Positions 56,080 to 63,126 of a stretch of DNA of 64,000 nt are shown here, one piece after another. The DNA is from an uncultured Candidatus Saccharibacteria bacterium. Its GTDB lineage: Bacteria > Patescibacteriota > Minisyncoccia > Phycocordibacterales > UBA9973. The stretch covers positions 86,585 to 150,584 of the forward strand of contig CAZWJU010000001.1 of the NCBI GenBank assembly GCA_964634365.1, given 5' to 3'. The translations under genes were made by a program, and so were the position numbers. The notes under the pieces are model-generated. The model saw only the letters and a program-made list of their open reading frames with translations. It was not told the DNA's origin and did not search any database. Positions within the stretch are counted from its first letter, which is position 1, and every line of letters starts with the position of its first letter.

Positions 56080-56668
56080 CTACCTATTCTCTATTTTGGT
56101 AGGGGTTTTTTTCGGATCCTTAACCTTTTTTATACTATTTGCTTCATTCAATTCTTTTAGGGTAAATACAGAAATTAGTTTTGGGGTTAATCCAATTGAT
56201 TTTATTTCGCTTTTAATTAATACAATTTTGGTGATGTATGTGTTGCGGACTCTTAGTCGTAAAGATGATAATGATAAGGTCGAGCGAGAATTACTCATTG
56301 GATATTTTACTAAATTTGAAGATGACTTCAGTAGTGGTATCCATAGAATGACCTCTTCCTGTGGTATTGAAGGAGAAGAAGTTTCGGCTTTTTTTAAAAA
56401 ACATAGCATGTATCTACAAGAACTTATAGACTTATCAGAAGATCATCGGCCAGAAAATGCCCCAAACTTAGGATCTTTACAATCTAGTTTTAGTGAAATT
56501 TTAGACCTTTTATCTAATACTCCTCGTGAGGGAGAAATTGAAGATGGAGTACGTATAGAAAATGGTTATATTTTTTATTCCCCACGACATCTAGCAGAAA
56601 TTACTAAAAGTATGGGAAAATTTAAAAAAGCAGTATTTAATGTTAGTGTTTGTATAAATAGATCTTGA
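56048..56668 (+). CDS. hypothetical 2-TM membrane protein (206 aa), last gene of the cluster
   Basis: Start overlaps the end of the DUF4325-like gene. Two N-terminal TM helices, then a soluble C-terminal domain. Confidence 0.4.
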   Translation: MSKKLSKNQNNYLFSILVGVFFGSLTFFILFASFNSFRVNTEISFGVNPIDFISLLINTILVMYVLRTLSRKDDNDKVERELLIGYFTKFEDDFSSGIHRMTSSCGIEGEEVSAFFKKHSMYLQELIDLSEDHRPENAPNLGSLQSSFSEILDLLSNTPREGEIEDGVRIENGYIFYSPRHLAEITKSMGKFKKAVFNVSVCINRS

Positions 56669-56763
56669 TTTTTTAAATACACCCAACAAGTTTTTACCTT
56701 TCCAAATTATCACTTCTTATATTTACAGAACGAATAATTTGATTATATACTTGCTAAATAGCT

Positions 56764-56784
56764 CTTTAATAAAATGACAGAGGG
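56764..56784. repeat. left copy of 21-bp inverted repeat CTCT(T/C)TAATAAAATGACAGAG flanking the yegP-like gene
   Basis: CTCTTTAATAAAATGACAGAG here; reverse complement CTCTCTGTCATTTTATTAGAGAG at 57123-57145. Confidence 0.6.
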
Positions 56785-56925
56785 TAAGGCCATTTCCGGA
56801 TAATTTTGGACTTTATCTACTTAGAAGGTCCCGGATAGATACTTTGAATAACTCAAGGTCTTTATTCGGGGATCCATTCTAGGTCGATACCCCAATTTAC
56901 TAGAAAATAATCTTTAAATAATTTT

Positions 56926-57105
56926 ATGAAATTTGAAATTTATAAAGATAGCCGTGGTGATTTCCGGTGGAGATTCGTTTCTTCAAATGGAAAAATCATT
57001 GCAGACGGTTCTGAAGGTTATTCTTCAGAAGCAAATGCTATTAATGGTATTAATATCATTAGAGAATACGCGGCTGGTGCAAAAATCTATCGACTTAACT
57101 ATTAG
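56926..57105 (+). CDS. YegP/DUF1508 (UPF0339) family small protein
   Basis: Absent from the ORF track (59 aa). MKFEIYKDSRGDFRWRFVSSNGKIIADGSEGYSSEANAINGINIIREYAAGAKIYRL matches the DUF1508 repeat (F...DK.G.YRFRL.A.NGE.IA.SEGY.SK..A..GIESVK.NA). Confidence 0.7.
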   Translation: MKFEIYKDSRGDFRWRFVSSNGKIIADGSEGYSSEANAINGINIIREYAAGAKIYRLNY

Positions 57106-57122
57106 TTAATTGATAGATGAAA

Positions 57123-57145
57123 CTCTCTGTCATTTTATTAGAGAG
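57123..57145. repeat. right copy of 21-bp inverted repeat; also forms a local hairpin/terminator after the yegP-like gene
   Basis: CTCTCTGTCATTTTATTAGAGAG followed by TTTCC. Confidence 0.6.
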
Positions 57146-57222
57146 TTTCCGCTATGTACAAATCTTGTTTTGCTAGTTATGCATTTAAAACTTAATTTTT
57201 TGATACAATTAGATTGTAATTT

Positions 57223-57519
57223 ATGATCAAAGAATACATGCAATATCTGAAAGGTAATCCGGAGAGGTTGTGGTTCAAGCGCAAGCTCTATGGCTGGGGT
57301 TGGACTCCGGTTACATGGCAAGGGTGGGTTGTGATACTTATATACGTCGCACTTGTGATGCTCTTTGCCTTTACCATCGACGAAACTTCACCTACTCGCG
57401 AAGTAGTCTTCACTGGCATGTTGCCCATAGCCATACTGACATTTGCGCTTATCCGTATCTGCTACCGGTTCGGCGAGAAGCCTCGCTGGCAATGGGGAAA
57501 AGTGAAAGAAGATAAATAG
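57223..57519 (+). CDS. small membrane protein (98 aa)
   Basis: Two hydrophobic helices. Preferred over the overlapping alternative-frame ORF. Confidence 0.4.
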   Translation: MIKEYMQYLKGNPERLWFKRKLYGWGWTPVTWQGWVVILIYVALVMLFAFTIDETSPTREVVFTGMLPIAILTFALIRICYRFGEKPRWQWGKVKEDK

Positions 57520-57595
57520 TAAATTTAAAAAAGTTATTTTGAAAAAATTGAATTTAATTAAATTGAACCCAACTCATCCATCCTGTATATCATTC

Positions 57596-57620
57596 TAGCA
57601 TTTTGCAAAATTACAAAATG
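57596..57620 (+). promoter_or_regulatory. palindromic promoter/operator motif AGCATTTTGCAAAATTACAAAATG (copy 1), 30 nt upstream of the DUF1801 gene
   Basis: Contains the inverted repeat CATTTTG/CAAAATG and the perfect palindrome TTTTGCAAAA, followed by an AT-rich -10-like box. Confidence 0.5.
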
Positions 57621-57649
57621 TCATAATTATTTAAACACAAAATATATCA

Positions 57650-58009
57650 ATGCAAACATATAAAAACATAAACGAATATATAAAAAACGTTCCGAAGGAG
57701 CATGTGGCGCGGGTGCGGGAGATGCGAGCGCTTTTGCAAAAGCTTGTGCCGGACGGAGAGGAGGCGATACGCTACGGTATGCCGACGATGCAGATCGAGG
57801 GCAAGAACTTGCTTCACTATGCAGCGATGAAGGGTCACTTCGGATTTTATCCCGCACCATCTGGTGTAAAAGTGTACGAGAAAGAATTGAAAGCAAAGGG
57901 GATAGAGTATTCAAAAGGTTGTATCCGTTTTCCATACGACAAGCCTCTGCCCGTGGCACTCATCCAGAAGATCATCAAATTCCGCCTCAGTGAAATAAAC
58001 AAAAAATAA
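57650..58009 (+). CDS. DUF1801 (YdhG/YdeI-like) domain protein, GC-rich gene
   Basis: KNINEYIKNVPKEH...RVREMRALLQKLVPDGEEAIRYGMPTMQIEGKNLLHYAAMKGHFGFYP matches the DUF1801 pattern. Coding region is much more GC-rich than its neighbours. Confidence 0.65.
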   Translation: MQTYKNINEYIKNVPKEHVARVREMRALLQKLVPDGEEAIRYGMPTMQIEGKNLLHYAAMKGHFGFYPAPSGVKVYEKELKAKGIEYSKGCIRFPYDKPLPVALIQKIIKFRLSEINKK

Positions 58010-58018
58010 ATTATCATT

Positions 58019-58044
58019 TCAGCATTTTGCAAAATTACAAAATG
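58019..58044 (+). promoter_or_regulatory. palindromic promoter/operator motif (copy 2), 19 nt upstream of the ArsR-family gene
   Basis: TCAGCATTTTGCAAAATTACAAAATG followed by ATATAAAAT. Confidence 0.5.
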
Positions 58045-58062
58045 ATATAAAATATATTTAAT

Positions 58063-58329
58063 ATGGATTTTAGAAAAATTGAGAGAATCGCAAAAGGTTT
58101 CGCAAACAAGCGTAGGCTTGAGATTCTGGAGCTCTTGGACCGCAAGCCAGAACTTTCAGTATCTGATATATCAGAAAAATTGAAGCTAGGCTATGAAAAT
58201 ACCTCTGACCATGTGCGCAAAATGACTTCTGCAGGACTCCTCATGAAAAGAAGTGATGGTCCAAATATCCGCCACAGACTAACTCCTCGCGCAAAAGACA
58301 TTCTAGCATTTTGCAAAAAGCTGAAATGA
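58063..58329 (+). CDS. ArsR/SmtB-family winged-helix transcriptional regulator (88 aa)
   Basis: NKRRLEILELLDRKPELSVSDISEKLKLGYENTSDHVRKMTSAGLL is the ArsR-type HTH. Confidence 0.75.
   Translation: MDFRKIERIAKGFANKRRLEILELLDRKPELSVSDISEKLKLGYENTSDHVRKMTSAGLLMKRSDGPNIRHRLTPRAKDILAFCKKLK
58301..58328 (+). promoter_or_regulatory. partial third copy of the motif (TTCTAGCATTTTGCAAAAAGCTGAAATG) overlapping the 3' end of the ArsR gene
   Basis: Shares TTCTAGCATTTTGCAAAA with copy 1, then GATATAAAT. Lies upstream of the DUF1761-like gene. Confidence 0.4.
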
Positions 58330-58384
58330 TATAAATATCTGCAGGTTGGTATCCAATTTATTTTTTTATTGTATAATTTATATT

Positions 58385-58807
58385 ATGGAAACAACAATAA
58401 ATTATTTTGCAATTTTAGTTTGTGCAGTTCTATCTTTGGTAGTAGGTGCGATATGGTACGGCCCTTTGTTTGGAAAAGCGTGGGCTAGAGTAGTCGGTGC
58501 AGATCAATATGATCTAGAGAGGAGAAAAGAAATGCAGAAAAAAGCAATGCCACTGTATTTTATACAGTTCGTACTCGTCTTTTTTCAAGTTTTAGTACTT
58601 GTTCATTTGATAGCAGATACACAAACTGTCTCTGGTCTATCTCGCTCGCTGTGGATTTGGGGAGCATTTATAGTGCCGACAATCGCTGGGACAGCTATGT
58701 GGAACAATGATTCTAGCAAGGTATCTTGGGCACGATTTTTGATCCAGTCTGGATATCAGCTTGTAATATTTTTTATATTTGGACTTATACTTACTTTTTG
58801 GCAATAA
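58385..58807 (+). CDS. DUF1761-like membrane protein
   Basis: INYFAILVCAVLSLVVGAIWYGPLFGKAW plus three further TM helices. Internal Met chosen as start. Confidence 0.5.
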   Translation: METTINYFAILVCAVLSLVVGAIWYGPLFGKAWARVVGADQYDLERRKEMQKKAMPLYFIQFVLVFFQVLVLVHLIADTQTVSGLSRSLWIWGAFIVPTIAGTAMWNNDSSKVSWARFLIQSGYQLVIFFIFGLILTFWQ

Positions 58808-58859
58808 ATAAGAAGTAAAATCGGATATAATCGCTTCTCGTCTCGGAGGTTCTTTGGCG

Positions 58860-59092
58860 ATTTGATTTTTATTTTTTAGGTGATATGTTGTTTAAAACGA
58901 AGGCTTGACCAAAGTAGTGGCGAGCGAAATGGTTATGGGTCTAAAGTTCTTTCTTCTGAAGAGCGGTTGAGGGGTCCTGTGAAAGTGATACCCCAAGTAA
59001 AGCAGTCTTCGATTGCTTGAATTCTGCCAGCACCAGCTGGCGACCCTAATGCCTTTGTTAGCCTCGGTTTTGCGACCGAGGCTTTATTTTTA
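58860..59092 (+). ncRNA. candidate structured leader or small RNA ending in a strong intrinsic terminator
   Basis: About 330-nt ORF-free gap. Internal hairpin CCAGCACCAGCTGG. Terminator AGCCTCGGTTTTGCGACCGAGGCT + T-tract at 59060-59090, ~50 nt before the next start codon. No riboswitch class recognised by eye. Confidence 0.3.
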
Positions 59093-59140
59093 CTCTAGAC
59101 TTTTATTTTTTTGGGTGTAATATGGTAAAAAACTTTTGTC

Positions 59141-59542
59141 ATGTTCGATTCAATACTGTTTCAGATCCTTTTAGGGATTGCCAGTGCCGTATTTTGTGTA
59201 ACAGGCATCATGTACTTCTTTATAAAAATCGGAAATGTTGAGTTTAAAAAGACAAAAACTCAAAAAATCGAAGTCTCTGTTTTTAGCGAAGAGGAAGATC
59301 CAAGTAATGAAAAAAATTTTTCAAACTTCGTTATTGCGATGACTGACTGGGAAGAATGCTCGGAGAAAATGAGCAAGGAGGAGATGATAAGCGCACTGGA
59401 GAATGCAAGAAACGATATGACTTTTGATTTCTTCAGTTCACCTTTTTATAAAAAAGGTATACTTGCCTTGTATGACCCGCGGCAATTTTATTCGGATCTT
59501 CTCGATAGGGTTTACGACGAGGGGAGGGTAAAATTTAAATAA
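59141..59542 (+). CDS. hypothetical membrane-anchored protein (133 aa)
   Basis: One N-terminal TM helix, acidic soluble domain. Confidence 0.4.
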   Translation: MFDSILFQILLGIASAVFCVTGIMYFFIKIGNVEFKKTKTQKIEVSVFSEEEDPSNEKNFSNFVIAMTDWEECSEKMSKEEMISALENARNDMTFDFFSSPFYKKGILALYDPRQFYSDLLDRVYDEGRVKFK

Positions 59543-59560
59543 TAAGAAACTACCTAAAAG

Positions 59561-59983
59561 GTGGTTTTTATTTTTGGTTATGTTAATATCAAAAAAAGAG
59601 TCCTTATGGGAATGAAGATATTTTCAATTTTTATTAAAAGCAAAGTACAAGAAATTCCAAAAGAAGTAGTTTGTGTAAGGTGTGGAAACAACATATCTCC
59701 TTACAAAAATTGTTGTATCTTAGGATATGACAATAGAAGTAATTCCAGTGTCTCATCAGAAGGCATAGAAGTTATATGTTATATATGCACAAGACATTTG
59801 GGTTTTGAGCCAAACGCTATATCCGGGGTAGGTGGGGTTGTCCCATCGATATTTTGGACAGCAGAAGGTATTGCTAAACTTAGAGGATTAGGAGAAAAAA
59901 TTCATATCAGAAATATAGCAAAAAGAGAAAGGAGAAGAAAAAACAAAAGAAGGAATAAAATAAAAAGAAAACGCCGTACATAA
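59561..59983 (+). CDS. hypothetical zinc-ribbon protein with polybasic C-terminal tail
   Basis: CVRCGNN...C...C and CYICTRH Cys pairs. Tail RERRRKNKRRNKIKRKRRT. Confidence 0.4.
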   Translation: MVFIFGYVNIKKRVLMGMKIFSIFIKSKVQEIPKEVVCVRCGNNISPYKNCCILGYDNRSNSSVSSEGIEVICYICTRHLGFEPNAISGVGGVVPSIFWTAEGIAKLRGLGEKIHIRNIAKRERRRKNKRRNKIKRKRRT

Positions 59984-60018
59984 TGGTGTTTTATTTTTAT
60001 AAATATTAATATAAATAC

Positions 60019-60273
60019 ATGAAATACATAATCGATGTTCGCACAAAAGAAGAGTTCGATAGTGGTGCAGTAGAAGGTGCACTGAACTTTGAACTTGCTC
60101 GGATCGAGGAGGGTGAGACACCCGATGTTCCGATAGATACAGAGCTGTATCTATATTGTCGCAGTGGCGGTAGATCTGGTAGAGCTCTGGAGATACTTTT
60201 ATCACATGGATTTACTAACGTCACAAACCTGGGTGGTCTTGAAGATGCAAAGAAATACTTTGCAAAAATTTGA
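60019..60273 (+). CDS. single-domain rhodanese-like sulfurtransferase
   Basis: 84 aa. Active-site loop YLYCRSGGRSGRA (CRxGxR) after IDVRTKEEFDSGAVEGALNF. Confidence 0.8.
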   Translation: MKYIIDVRTKEEFDSGAVEGALNFELARIEEGETPDVPIDTELYLYCRSGGRSGRALEILLSHGFTNVTNLGGLEDAKKYFAKI

Positions 60274-60286
60274 TATAATTATATAC

Positions 60287-60682
60287 ATGAACAACTTCAC
60301 TTCTTATTCGGAGCTTTTAAAACCCTCGTGGGCTCCACCGTCGTGGATATTTGGTCCAGTATGGACTTTTCTATACATATTGATCGCGTATTCATTTGGA
60401 ACTGTATTTTACAAACTAGTGACCAAGCAAATACCTTTTGTTGTCGCGCTACCGTTTATTTTAAATCTGATATTCAATTTTTCTTTTACATATTTTCAGT
60501 TCGGTCTCAAAAACAACACTCTTGCTGCGATAGATATATTGCTAGTACTAGGGACACTTGTGTGGGCGATGATCGCAATATTTCCACACGCTCGCTGGAT
60601 CACGTATATACAGATTCCGTATGTGCTCTGGGTTAGTTTCGCTACAGTATTACAACTTACAATCACATTTATAAATAGATAA
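60287..60682 (+). CDS. tspO: TspO/MBR family tryptophan-rich sensory protein
   Basis: LKPSWAPPSWIFGPVWTFLYILIAYSF and five TM helices. Internal ATG used as start. Confidence 0.75.
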   Translation: MNNFTSYSELLKPSWAPPSWIFGPVWTFLYILIAYSFGTVFYKLVTKQIPFVVALPFILNLIFNFSFTYFQFGLKNNTLAAIDILLVLGTLVWAMIAIFPHARWITYIQIPYVLWVSFATVLQLTITFINR

Positions 60683-60691
60683 ATAAAATAT

Positions 60692-61120
60692 ATGACAAAA
60701 ATTTTTTCAAAAGTGTTCTCCATCACTACACTTCGCTTGTTGATGGGCTTTATATTTCTCTGGGCTTTTTTAGACAAGACTTTTGGTTTAGGGATTGCGA
60801 CCGAGTCTAGCAAGGCCTGGATCGCTGGCGGAAGTCCAACAACAGGATTTCTTGCAAACGCCGTCCAGGGACCTTTTGCTACATTTTTCAATAGCTTGGC
60901 GGGAGTTGTGCTGGTTGATTGGCTTTTCATGCTCGGACTTTTATTTGTCGGAGTAACATTGATCCTAAACAGATACGTGAAGTGGGGAGCGGTCGCAGGT
61001 ATTTTTATGATGCTACTCATGTATGCGTCTCTGCTTTTCCCTGAAAATAATCCTTTTGTCGACGATCACTTGGTATATGCAGTATTGCTAGGATATATCG
61101 CAATAAATTCCAAGAGATAA
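60692..61120 (+). CDS. DoxX-family membrane protein
   Basis: LRLLMGFIFLWAFLDKTFGLG and four TM helices match the DoxX-like pattern. Confidence 0.55.
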   Translation: MTKIFSKVFSITTLRLLMGFIFLWAFLDKTFGLGIATESSKAWIAGGSPTTGFLANAVQGPFATFFNSLAGVVLVDWLFMLGLLFVGVTLILNRYVKWGAVAGIFMMLLMYASLLFPENNPFVDDHLVYAVLLGYIAINSKR

Positions 61121-61145
61121 AACTGGTACAAACTGATCGGTTTTT

Positions 61146-61424
61146 ATGAAGAAGAATTTTACAATCAAAACAAAGGTGTGGCGATGGCCGGGAGACGGTG
61201 GCTGGCATTTTGTAACACTAGACAAGAAGCTTTCGCAAGATATTCGAAAAGTATTTACCAAAGGTTTTGTAAAAATCCGCGTCGAGATTGGCAAGAGTGC
61301 TTGGGATACTTCGCTTTTTCCTCACAAAGAATCTGGATACTTACTCTGTATAAACAAGAAAATCCGCTCCAAGGAGGGGATTTTCGAAGGCGATGAGGTG
61401 AGTATAAAGATAAAAGTGCTCTAA
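61146..61424 (+). CDS. DUF1905 domain protein
   Basis: FTIKTKVWRWPGDGGWHFVTLDKKLSQDIRK...GDEVSIKI matches the DUF1905 beta-barrel signature. Confidence 0.65.
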   Translation: MKKNFTIKTKVWRWPGDGGWHFVTLDKKLSQDIRKVFTKGFVKIRVEIGKSAWDTSLFPHKESGYLLCINKKIRSKEGIFEGDEVSIKIKVL

Positions 61425-61675
61425 GCTTTTTTTAGAAATTCTGTTTTTAAAACAATACCTTTCATACCATCTACACTGCACTCTATCTCGTTTGGTTCAT
61501 CAGTTAGGCGGATACTTTTAACTTTAGTGCCTTTCTTTATAACAATAGAGCTGCCTTTTAATTTTAAGTCTTTAATCAAAATGACAGAGTCTCCGTGTGC
61601 GAGAGTGTTGCCATTGCTATCTTTTGTTTCGATCAATTCTTCTATTTCGTCTTCATCTTCGTATACTTTGTTCAT
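61421..61675 (-). CDS. PhnA/YjdC-like protein (C-terminal domain only)
   Basis: DSNGNTLAHGDSVILIKDLKLKGSSIVIKKGTKVKSIRLTDEPNEIECSVDGMKGIVLKTEFLKKA closely follows the PhnA C-domain consensus. Confidence 0.7.
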   Translation of the reverse strand: MNKVYEDEDEIEELIETKDSNGNTLAHGDSVILIKDLKLKGSSIVIKKGTKVKSIRLTDEPNEIECSVDGMKGIVLKTEFLKKA

Positions 61676-61724
61676 AAAAATGATTATATACTCAATCTAA
61701 TTTAAATGGTAGGATTCGATACAT

Positions 61725-61955
61725 ATGCAAGAACACCCAAACAACCCACGGCAAGGCAAAACGCTCGAGCACATACTCAATTTTCTAGTTGAGCAATACG
61801 GCTGGGAAGAGCTCGGCAACGAGATCAATATCAATTGTTTTATAAATGACCCGAGTATCAAATCTAGTCTGACATTTTTACGCAGAACCCCATGGGCTCG
61901 CAAGAAGGTTGAAAATCTGTATATCTATACTACAAAGAAGACGGGTCTAAAATAA
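61725..61955 (+). CDS. DUF2132-like small protein
   Basis: [51 protein letters not shown] matches DUF2132/VF530. Confidence 0.5.
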   Translation: MQEHPNNPRQGKTLEHILNFLVEQYGWEELGNEININCFINDPSIKSSLTFLRRTPWARKKVENLYIYTTKKTGLK

Positions 61956-61965
61956 AACTAAAGGC

Positions 61966-62472
61966 ATGGTGATCATTTTAAATAAAACAGAAGATAAATT
62001 TTTTCAAATCAAAAACACACGCAATGGTAACGGTGTTTTCACTCGCACCAATTTCAAAAAAGATAAAAAACTTTTTGAGATAAAAGGGAAGTTTGTCACT
62101 TGCGATGAAGACGACGATATGGACGAGACAGAAAGATCAAATGCATATCGTTTCAATAAAAATCTTTTTATCAGCCCCAAAAACAGGTTAGCTGATATGG
62201 TAAATCACTCGTGCCTACCCAATGCAAAAGTTTTAAAAGATAAAAATAAACTCTATATATATTCAATTTGCGACATCTTGAAAAATGAAGAGGTGCTGAT
62301 CGACTATTCGACAATCTTGGCTAGTGACGATATCTGGACCATGAAGTGTAACTGTGGGGCTAGTGGGTGCAGGAAGTTTGTTAGAAATTTTACAAAGCTA
62401 CCCAAATCAATCCAAAATCAGTATATAAAAGACAAAGTTGTACCGGACTTTATATTGAAAATACGAGATTAG
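61966..62472 (+). CDS. SET-domain protein (putative lysine methyltransferase) with post-SET Cys cluster
   Basis: NHSCLPNA (classic SET NHSCxPN motif), ELIDYS (Tyr-containing C-terminal SET motif), CNCGASGCRKF post-SET. Confidence 0.75.
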   Translation: MVIILNKTEDKFFQIKNTRNGNGVFTRTNFKKDKKLFEIKGKFVTCDEDDDMDETERSNAYRFNKNLFISPKNRLADMVNHSCLPNAKVLKDKNKLYIYSICDILKNEEVLIDYSTILASDDIWTMKCNCGASGCRKFVRNFTKLPKSIQNQYIKDKVVPDFILKIRD

Positions 62473-62513
62473 CGCACTGTACTATTTATGAAAATTAGTT
62501 TAATATTGAACAT

Positions 62514-62654
62514 ATGGCAAAAAGAATAAGTCAGGATATCAAGCCTCAAAATCATCACCCTCGCAAGACAAAGAAGCGTCTTGCTATAAAAAAGGCGATG
62601 CTTGCGGCTAGAAAACCAAAGAAGAATCGCAAAAGTAAGAGAAGAAAAAAGTAA
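62514..62654 (+). CDS. possible tiny polybasic protein (46 aa)
   Basis: MAKRISQDIKPQNHHPRKTKKRLAIKKAMLAARKPKKNRKSKRRKK. ATG 40 nt after the SET gene, followed by a hairpin terminator at 62663-62695. Not in the ORF track. Confidence 0.3.
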   Translation: MAKRISQDIKPQNHHPRKTKKRLAIKKAMLAARKPKKNRKSKRRKK

Positions 62655-62662
62655 ATTCTCAC

Positions 62663-62695
62663 AAAAAACCCTCATGAACTGAGAGGTTTTTTGTT
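62663..62695. terminator. intrinsic terminator (AAAAAACCCTCATGAACTGAGAGGTTTTTTG)
   Basis: Hairpin plus T-tract. Confidence 0.55.
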
Positions 62696-62721
62696 TGTGT
62701 TTTGTGTTGTATAATAAAAGT

Positions 62722-63120
62722 ATGAAAGGATATAAAGACAACATAGAAAAACTAACACTCAAAAATGAGAATTTTCGAAAAGTATTGTATACAGGCAAGC
62801 ATTCTCAGCTTGTGCTGATGACTCTTTTGCCAGGTGAAGAGATCGGTCTAGAAGTTCACAAAGAAAATGACCAATTTTTCAGATTTGAAAAAGGTGTGGG
62901 TCAGGTGATAATCGATGGCAATATTTATGAAGTTAGCGACGGAGATGCTGTTGTTGTACCAGCTGGTGCAGAACACAACGTAGTCAACACTTCAAGCACA
63001 GAGAGTTTGAGACTTTATACTATATATTCTCCAGCTCACCACAAAGACGGGATCGTACGAGAGACAAAGAAAGATGCTATGGAAAACGAAGCAGAATTTG
63101 ATGGAACCACAACAGAATAG
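62722..63120 (+). CDS. cupin-domain protein
   Basis: Cupin motifs LLPGEEIGLEVHKENDQFFRFEKGVG and GDAVVVPAGAEHNVVN. Confidence 0.7.
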   Translation: MKGYKDNIEKLTLKNENFRKVLYTGKHSQLVLMTLLPGEEIGLEVHKENDQFFRFEKGVGQVIIDGNIYEVSDGDAVVVPAGAEHNVVNTSSTESLRLYTIYSPAHHKDGIVRETKKDAMENEAEFDGTTTE

Positions 63121-63126
63121 AAAGAT

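Noticed and set aside
57270-57515. 81-aa ORF in an alternative plus frame overlapping 57223-57519
   Set aside because: The competing frame encodes a plausible 2-TM protein. This one is Arg/His/Cys-rich with no structure.
62469-62798. 109-aa minus-strand ORF
   Set aside because: Runs through an intrinsic terminator hairpin and the antisense of the small basic ORF and the cupin promoter region. Composition is unconvincing.
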